From Candidatus Lokiarchaeum ossiferum (GTDB lineage: Archaea; Asgardarchaeota; Lokiarchaeia; Sigyniarchaeales; Promethearchaeaceae), in contig CP104013.1 of NCBI GenBank assembly GCA_025839675.1, positions 2,280,001 through 2,312,000 of the forward strand: a stretch of DNA of 32,000 nt. The letters run 5' to 3'. This document shows, piece by piece, positions 26,933-32,000 of the stretch. The position numbers were made by a program, and so were the translations under genes. How positions within the stretch are numbered: position 1 is the stretch's first letter; each line of letters opens with the position of its first letter. The notes under the pieces are model-generated. The model was given only the letters and a program-made list of their open reading frames with translations. It made no database searches and was not told the DNA's origin.

Positions 26933-27523
26933 TTGTTTGGTTTTTATTCCACCAGAATTATTAACATTGCTTTGTTCTTTCCATTTGATAGCCAGTTTTT
27001 TTATTTCTCCAAAGACATCAATACAATCCTTTTCATGTTTTGCTGAAATAGTCATGTGTCCTATAATATTAGCAGATTTGGGTAAAGTTTCTTTTAGAAC
27101 TTCCCATTCACTGATATTGGTTCGAAGCATGTCATCATTAACCAAATCTTTTTTAGAACCCACAATTAAAATAGGAATGGATGGATATTCTGTTTGTAAT
27201 AGAGAAATCCAACTGGGTATATGATATAAAGTACTAATACGGGTCAAATCATACAAAATTATTGCAGCTTTAGCGCCCAATATGAATGCCTTATGGATAA
27301 ATTGAAAACGTTCTTGTCCTCCCAAATCATAAACAAGAATAGAAACATCTTTAGGCTCTGATACGATGTTATAACAATCAAAATCAATACCAATGGTTAA
27401 CTTTTCTTCGGGAGTAAATTTGCCCGCCAATTTGGATTTCAGTAACGACGTTTTTCCAACACCACCATCACCAGCCAAAATTGTCTTATAAATGGGTTTT
27501 AAGGATTTGATCATCATCTTCAC
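26927..27523 (-). CDS. Rab/Ras-like small GTPase
   Basis: G1 GDGGVGKTS, switch I TIGIDF, G3 DLGGQERF, G4 GSKKDL, G5 ISAK. No C-terminal Cys (ends GGIKTKQL). Confidence 0.9.
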   Translation of the reverse strand: MKMMIKSLKPIYKTILAGDGGVGKTSLLKSKLAGKFTPEEKLTIGIDFDCYNIVSEPKDVSILVYDLGGQERFQFIHKAFILGAKAAIILYDLTRISTLYHIPSWISLLQTEYPSIPILIVGSKKDLVNDDMLRTNISEWEVLKETLPKSANIIGHMTISAKHEKDCIDVFGEIKKLAIKWKEQSNVNNSGGIKTKQL

Positions 27524-27678
27524 TCTACTATTATTAGTAAATCTATAAGAAAAAAGCTTTTTATTTCCTTGTTATGGAATGTTTCCAATGAACTCTATAA
27601 TATCTTTGGATATTTCTCATTTATAAAAGAAATAGGAAAACGGTATCTTTTTTTTGAAATTTGCTTTCATTGTGAAAT

Positions 27679-28623
27679 ATGGAATCATCTATTAGTAAAT
27701 TACGGTTGGATTATCTGAATACCTTCAATTTTCTGGTCAAATACAAGAGTTTTTCAGAAACGGCTCGAATTTTGAATAAAACCCAAGGCACTATCTCAAT
27801 GCACATAAAAGAATTGGAACATGCCTTTGGAGGGACAAACCACAAACAATTACTGATAGATAGAAATTCCAAAAACTTCCAATTAACACCTGAAGGATTT
27901 CTGCTGTACTCTGCAACACAAAAAGTTGAAGAAATAATTAATAATGTGTCCAAAAAAATTGATGAATCCATTGGTAAAAAGCAAAAAATAATCGAAATAC
28001 AATCTTCTTCAATCCCGGGGGAATATATCCTTCCCGCCTACATTTTGAAATATAACAGTAAACATACTAACGTTATGATTGAAGCGCTTATTTCAAACTC
28101 ACAAGAAGCATTGAGAAGAATGCGAGAATCTAAATCGACTTTTTGCGCGATTGGAGGATGGTTTGGAGAATTCGAGGCAGATTATGACGTAAAAGTGATT
28201 GGGAAGGATACAATTGTCATAATTGGGAGAGAAAAACACCCGATTTTTGATAAGTTGAAAAAAAGGGGAATAAATTACTCACGAGATGATATGATTAATG
28301 ATTTGAAAGAATATAATTGGATATTCAGAGAATCGGGTTCAGCAACTCTTGATTGGTTTATGAAACATTTTCCAAGATCCCAAGAAATTCAAATCGGATT
28401 GAAATTTCATAATAATTCTTCAATTTTGCACGCATTGGAAAATAGCGACGCTCTAACAGCTCTAAGTTCGTTTGTTGTTCCATCTACTGTGAAAAATTGG
28501 GCTTTGAAAGTCATTAAACATAAAACACTACCCATAATAGAGCGAAACTTGTATTTAATTAAAAGAAAAGGAATTAAACTTCAAGATTTCGAACAGAAAT
28601 TCTGGGATCTTTTTAACCATTAA
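27679..28623 (+). CDS. LysR-family transcriptional regulator
   Basis: N-terminal HTH LNTFNFLVKYKSFSETARILNKTQGTISMHIKELEHAFG...L..R..K.FQLTPEG, followed by a roughly 200-aa periplasmic-binding-protein-like effector domain. Confidence 0.88.
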   Translation: MESSISKLRLDYLNTFNFLVKYKSFSETARILNKTQGTISMHIKELEHAFGGTNHKQLLIDRNSKNFQLTPEGFLLYSATQKVEEIINNVSKKIDESIGKKQKIIEIQSSSIPGEYILPAYILKYNSKHTNVMIEALISNSQEALRRMRESKSTFCAIGGWFGEFEADYDVKVIGKDTIVIIGREKHPIFDKLKKRGINYSRDDMINDLKEYNWIFRESGSATLDWFMKHFPRSQEIQIGLKFHNNSSILHALENSDALTALSSFVVPSTVKNWALKVIKHKTLPIIERNLYLIKRKGIKLQDFEQKFWDLFNH

Positions 28624-28703
28624 CTATTAGAATTTCAAATAATTAACTTAATAATTATAGATGCTATTGGAAAAGGCGATAACTTCAACTAATTCTTCAT
28701 AAT

Positions 28704-28713
28704 TTTTATAAAG
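28704..28713 (+). promoter_or_regulatory. TATA-like box about 26 nt upstream of the first YeeE/YedE gene
   Basis: TTTTTATAAA centred about 26 nt before ATG 28734. Confidence 0.35.
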
Positions 28714-28733
28714 ATTGAGAAAGTTATCAAATT

Positions 28734-29267
28734 ATGGTGTCAGAGGATTCTACATCTAAGTTAAAAAAAATTATCCGAAACCCCATCTTTTTGGGATGTA
28801 TAATTGGATTTTTAGCTGCGGTGACTCAAGCATTGCTAATTGGTGCAGGAGGGCCCGAAGCTTATGGATTTTGTGTTGCGTGTCACACACGAGATTTGGT
28901 GAATGACATAATAAACCTAATTGTTGGAGAACCTGTATTAGGAGTAGCCCCTATTTCACAAAATGCAATTTTTGCAGTATTAACCATTATTGGAGTGATG
29001 ATCGGAGCGTTTATTTCTGCCAAGGTGAATAAAGAATTTAAAATCAAAAAATCTTCCCTAGGATCTTATCTGATCTATCTACTTGGAGGAATATTAGTAT
29101 TGATTTTTGCTTTACTTTTAGGAGCATGTCCATATCGAGCAGCACTTCGTTTTGGTTATGGAGATATGGTTGCATTAATAGGAATATTGGCAATGGCATT
29201 GGGTGTTTTTGTAGGAGTAAAAATAATTTTGAAACGAATGGAAAACCAAATGGAGGAAGAGGCATAA
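28734..29267 (+). CDS. YeeE/YedE-family sulfur(selenium)-compound transporter, N-terminal half
   Basis: Polytopic membrane protein with GFCVACHTRD and LLGACPYRA motifs, which correspond to the conserved Cys re-entrant loops of the Sulf_transp repeat. Confidence 0.8.
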   Translation: MVSEDSTSKLKKIIRNPIFLGCIIGFLAAVTQALLIGAGGPEAYGFCVACHTRDLVNDIINLIVGEPVLGVAPISQNAIFAVLTIIGVMIGAFISAKVNKEFKIKKSSLGSYLIYLLGGILVLIFALLLGACPYRAALRFGYGDMVALIGILAMALGVFVGVKIILKRMENQMEEEA

Positions 29268-29268
29268 A

Positions 29269-29775
29269 ATGGCAGGATGGTTATCAGCTGAAGCAGCATA
29301 TATCGCGGTACCAATTGTAACTTTATTCTTAGGAATACTCATTGGATATTTAGCACAACAATCTGGATTTTGTTCTATTGGAGGAATACGAGATCTATTC
29401 TTATTTAAACATACACGACTTTTCTTTGGATATCTTGCACTTATTGTATCTTCTTTTGTGAGTTATTTGATATTTTCTTTAATATGGTCCGGAGAATTTC
29501 CAAATTTCTTCTGGGCAATTAAGAATGGAATTACAACACCTATTCCAGGAGCACCGGGCGGTTTAGCAAATTGGGCATATATAATCCTTGCAATAATTGG
29601 AGGATTGGGACTGGGAATACTAGGAGTTTTCTTAGGAGGATGTCCGTTACGTCAAACAGTCATGGGTTTTGAAGGAAATATCAAATCAATATTCTTCATA
29701 GTTGGGATGTTGATAGGAGCAGTCGTTTTTCACTTGTGGATAGCAAGTTGGGTAGTAAGCTTATTTGGGGGTTAA
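29269..29775 (+). CDS. YeeE/YedE-family transporter, C-terminal half
   Basis: SGFCSIGGIRD and LGGCPLRQ motifs with four hydrophobic segments. The start codon lies 1 nt after the previous stop. Confidence 0.8.
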   Translation: MAGWLSAEAAYIAVPIVTLFLGILIGYLAQQSGFCSIGGIRDLFLFKHTRLFFGYLALIVSSFVSYLIFSLIWSGEFPNFFWAIKNGITTPIPGAPGGLANWAYIILAIIGGLGLGILGVFLGGCPLRQTVMGFEGNIKSIFFIVGMLIGAVVFHLWIASWVVSLFGG

Positions 29776-29803
29776 TTCTTTTTTTATTTGAAAGGTGAGA
29801 CTA

Positions 29804-30031
29804 ATGACAGAACACAAGATTGATATCACTGGGAAAATTTGTCCGTTTTGCTTATTGTTAATTAAGAAAAAATTGGCTAAAATAGATGAAGGAGATAATT
29901 TGATTGTTACATGTGACCACCCTCCTGCTGCAATCGATACTATCCCTTATGCAATGAAAAAAATTGGGTATCCCGTCGAATCAAAGAAGATTGAATCGGG
30001 AGTATGGGAACTGAAAATCACTAAATCATAG
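29804..30031 (+). CDS. tusA: TusA/SirA-family sulfur carrier protein
   Basis: IDITGKICPFCLLLIKKKLAKIDEGDNLIV matches the TusA pattern (G..CP.P....k..l..l..G..L.v). GGTGA lies 5 nt before ATG 29804, which is preferred over the track's GTG 29795. Confidence 0.85.
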   Translation: MTEHKIDITGKICPFCLLLIKKKLAKIDEGDNLIVTCDHPPAAIDTIPYAMKKIGYPVESKKIESGVWELKITKS

Positions 30032-30039
30032 AGATTATT

Positions 30040-31212
30040 ATGTCGAATTCTCTCTTTTTTTTATTTTCGGAAAAAATATCTCCAGAACGATTGGAGTGGA
30101 TCTCTTTAATTCAAAATTTCTCCAAAAATACACTGACTATTGGAATTACGGGGGATGCCCTATATTCTTTTACAGATCAAAGCTTATTTCCAGAATGGGA
30201 ATCTATAATACGTAACCAAAGATGCAATATTCATCTGGATCAATGGGAGGCAGAAATCCGGGGAATCACGATAAAATCGCTAACAAAAAACTACAAAATT
30301 TCTTCCCTTACAAATATTAAATTATCAAAGAATATCAAAATAGGATTTTGGGATGCCATTCTCCAACTTGAAGAATTTAGAAATTTTAAAGATAATTATA
30401 TGGGATTTCTCCAAATGAAAGGTCCCTATATGAGCCGTAATTCAGTTTATGCAGTTAATTTCTTAGAATCCTCATTAAAGAATAAAAAAAAAGCTCAATT
30501 GTTGTGCTATTTAGATGGAGTTCACACAGGACATATAAATCAAGCACCTTCAGAATTTGAGAATATTGGTAGACTAATTTCCATGTATACAGATCCTCAA
30601 ACGCATAACAATCAGATAATGGAAACTCTGGCATGTTCTCGTTGTTGTATCGCTCGAGGTTATGGAGAAATAAACCAGAATAATGAGGAATACAAAGCAA
30701 AATCAGTAATTGATGGGTTTCGAATTTGCAATTTAAATGAAATTGTGGATCAATTCGAGCGAAGTTCTCCCATTTTTGCACCGAATGTGGGGATGTGGAT
30801 CAATTCCACTGAAAAAAAATTTATTTCTTCCCCCGAAATCTTGTTGATGATGACCCACACCCCATATCAAGAAGAATTTACCTTTGGAGGGTTGTCATTT
30901 GCGATGGCTTGTGCAAATCATGGCATTCATGTCTCTATTTTATTTGTTGAAGATGGAATTTATAATCTTGTTGGAGAACACAAAATCCATTCTCAAGATC
31001 ACGTATTCAACATTCAAGAAATCGTAGATGTCACATGGGAAATGGACAAAATCGACTATTACATATACACACCTTCAATATTGAGGAGAAATGTATCAAT
31101 TAATGGATATTTGAATTTTGTAAACCCACTCTCAACTGAGGAATTACAGTTGTTGATTTCGAAACATACAAACCAAGAAAATTCAAATATGGGGAGAATA
31201 ATATTTTTTTAA
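30040..31212 (+). CDS. Single-chain protein with three DsrE/DsrF/DsrH (TusD/C/B)-like domains
   Basis: Three repeats of the DsrE-fold signature. Domain 1: LTIGITGDALYS...NIHLDQWEAEIRGI. Domain 2: LQMKGPYMSRNSVYAVNFL...LLCYLDGVHTG...LACSRCCIARGYG. Domain 3: MMTHTPYQEEFTFGGLSFAMA...ILFVEDGIYNLV...YYIYTPSILRRNV...GRIIFF. Confidence 0.65.
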   Translation: MSNSLFFLFSEKISPERLEWISLIQNFSKNTLTIGITGDALYSFTDQSLFPEWESIIRNQRCNIHLDQWEAEIRGITIKSLTKNYKISSLTNIKLSKNIKIGFWDAILQLEEFRNFKDNYMGFLQMKGPYMSRNSVYAVNFLESSLKNKKKAQLLCYLDGVHTGHINQAPSEFENIGRLISMYTDPQTHNNQIMETLACSRCCIARGYGEINQNNEEYKAKSVIDGFRICNLNEIVDQFERSSPIFAPNVGMWINSTEKKFISSPEILLMMTHTPYQEEFTFGGLSFAMACANHGIHVSILFVEDGIYNLVGEHKIHSQDHVFNIQEIVDVTWEMDKIDYYIYTPSILRRNVSINGYLNFVNPLSTEELQLLISKHTNQENSNMGRIIFF

Positions 31213-31238
31213 AGGCATTTTCATAAAGGGAAAGAAAA

Positions 31239-31466
31239 ATGGATAAACCTAAAGAAGTTCAAGATTTCACACACTTCACTTGCACAAATCTAATGCTGAA
31301 ACTGAAAATCTTATTAAAAAAATTAAGATCAGGGGAGAATCTACATTTCTTTTCAACTCGAGAACAATATGCTAACATTGAAAAACCGTTCTCCAAAGCT
31401 CCTTATTCCTTTGATGCACAAAAAGTGGAAGATAATACATATCTGATCAAAATTTTTAAGGATTGA
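31239..31466 (+). CDS. Second, divergent TusA-like protein (CPxP motif replaced by CTNL)
   Basis: FTHFTCTNLMLKLKILLKKLRSGENLHFFS...YLIKIFK follows the TusA layout and length (75 aa), but the Cys is not flanked by Pro. Confidence 0.5.
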   Translation: MDKPKEVQDFTHFTCTNLMLKLKILLKKLRSGENLHFFSTREQYANIEKPFSKAPYSFDAQKVEDNTYLIKIFKD

Positions 31467-31522
31467 AAGAAAAATTACAATTAACAATACTGATAAAATA
31501 AAAATCCACAAGATTCACTCGG

Positions 31523-31529
31523 TTTTTTT
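31523..31529 (+). terminator. T7 tract about 57 nt after the last gene of the sulfur-relay operon
   Basis: cggTTTTTTTcc is the first long T tract after 31466. A T7 also sits at 29780-29786 inside the operon. Confidence 0.4.
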
Positions 31530-31551
31530 CCATCACAATCAAGAATACATC

Positions 31552-31863
31552 TTGTTTTCTTTGAAAAACTCCATTAAAGACTTTTTATACTTTCAAAATA
31601 TGGACAAAACTATTCAAGCGCTCTTTTTTGGAGACAATTTCCAGGAAAAAATTCCCCAAATCATGAAAACACCCGATGAAAATTGCATTGAATGTAATCT
31701 CGGACGCAATATAATTGGAGGAATCTCAAAGGATGGTAATGATCAAGTCGATTTTGGTCTACAACCAGAAGATGCAAATCAAATTCTTCATCTTTTAAAG
31801 AAGCATCCTGCCTTAATTAATTTCAAACCAGACAATTTTGATTTAATATCTGAGGATCAATAA
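31552..31863 (+). CDS. Hypothetical small protein (start ambiguous: TTG 31552 or ATG 31600)
   Basis: ORF only. No motif recognised beyond a single CIEC. Confidence 0.4.
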   Translation: MFSLKNSIKDFLYFQNMDKTIQALFFGDNFQEKIPQIMKTPDENCIECNLGRNIIGGISKDGNDQVDFGLQPEDANQILHLLKKHPALINFKPDNFDLISEDQ

Positions 31864-31895
31864 AGATTAAAAAAACCTCCTGCTGATAGACAAAT

Positions 31896-32000
31896 GTGAA
31901 CAATCAAGAAGATTCAACTCAATTTCTTCAAGGTTTTTTAAAAGTTAGTGGTATTCTCGAGATATTCTTTGGGATTGTTATCATTTTTATTGGTCGAATT
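31896..32000 (+). CDS. Possible 5' end of a membrane protein gene (runs off the window)
   Basis: Manual translation from GTG 31896 gives VNNQEDSTQFLQGFLKVSGILEIFFGIVIIFIGRI, open to the window end, with a hydrophobic segment. Confidence 0.3.
   Translation, partial: MNNQEDSTQFLQGFLKVSGILEIFFGIVIIFIGRI

Noticed and set aside
26889-27224. 111-aa ORF overlapping the hydrolase 3' end and antisense to the small GTPase
   Set aside because: The GTPase frame carries all G1-G5 motifs, and this ORF has none.
27711-27971. 86-aa ORF antisense to the LysR HTH region
   Set aside because: Shadow ORF. The LysR frame is family-typical.
29044-29320. Two short ORFs (73 aa minus strand, 64 aa plus strand) across the YeeE half-gene junction
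   Set aside because: They overlap membrane-protein genes whose frames carry the conserved Cys motifs, and they have no support of their own.
30455-30781. 108-aa ORF antisense to the triple-DsrE gene
   Set aside because: Shadow ORF within the middle DsrE-like domain.
28734-31466. Checked the sulfur/selenium locus for in-frame TGA (selenocysteine) read-through
   Set aside because: The stops are TAA, TAA, TAG, TAA and TGA. The frame after the single TGA (31464-31466) closes after a few codons, and no SECIS-like context is evident.
27679-31529. LysR plus sulfur-relay cluster considered as a mobile genomic island
   Set aside because: No flanking direct repeats, integrase, tRNA target or visible compositional break. 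Ancient horizontal origin remains possible but cannot be shown from this window.
1-32000. Scan for rRNA, tRNA, CRISPR arrays, transposases, integrases and long inverted or direct repeats
   Set aside because: By-eye reading found none. The spacers are short and AT-rich with no tRNA-like GC-rich stems, and the only repeat noted is the 38-bp tandem at 21384-21456. A computational scan (tRNAscan-SE, Infernal, self-dotplot) would be needed to exclude small RNAs.

Overview
This is a visibly AT-rich, very gene-dense archaeal chromosomal segment with about 32 protein genes and short or absent spacers. GC content and codon statistics were judged by eye, not computed. Archaeal identity rests on a TFB (TFIIB) homologue, an Sm-like protein, Alba, a GPN-loop GTPase, oligo-T tracts after genes and TATA-like boxes about 26 nt upstream of some start codons. 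A Rab/Ras-type small GTPase sits alongside several candidate eukaryote-like modules: a RING-like cross-brace finger, a BAR-like helical protein and a longin/uDENN-like domain fused to TPRs. Together these make an Asgard (Lokiarchaeia-like) origin the best guess, but that is inference only. Other recognisable genes are an IPMS/homocitrate-synthase-family enzyme, a membrane-anchored M14 carboxypeptidase, a HisKA_2 sensor kinase and a Cache-HAMP-PAS methyl-accepting chemotaxis protein. There is also a B12-binding radical SAM enzyme, an EFR1-type flavodoxin/ferredoxin overlapping a class-C-like serine hydrolase gene, a PNPOx-like flavoprotein, an HTH-CBS regulator and a TatD/COG1099-like protein with eroded metal ligands. 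At least six ORFs carry no motif I recognise. I saw no rRNA, tRNA, CRISPR array, transposase or integrase. The most interesting region is the right-hand 4 kb. It encodes a LysR-type regulator, a YeeE/YedE channel split into two genes, TusA, a 390-aa single-chain protein that reads as three fused DsrH/DsrE/DsrF-like domains, and a second, degenerate TusA-like protein. This looks like a compact sulfur (or selenium) uptake-and-relay operon of unusual architecture. All family calls come from motif reading and memory of family consensus, and none was checked by a search.
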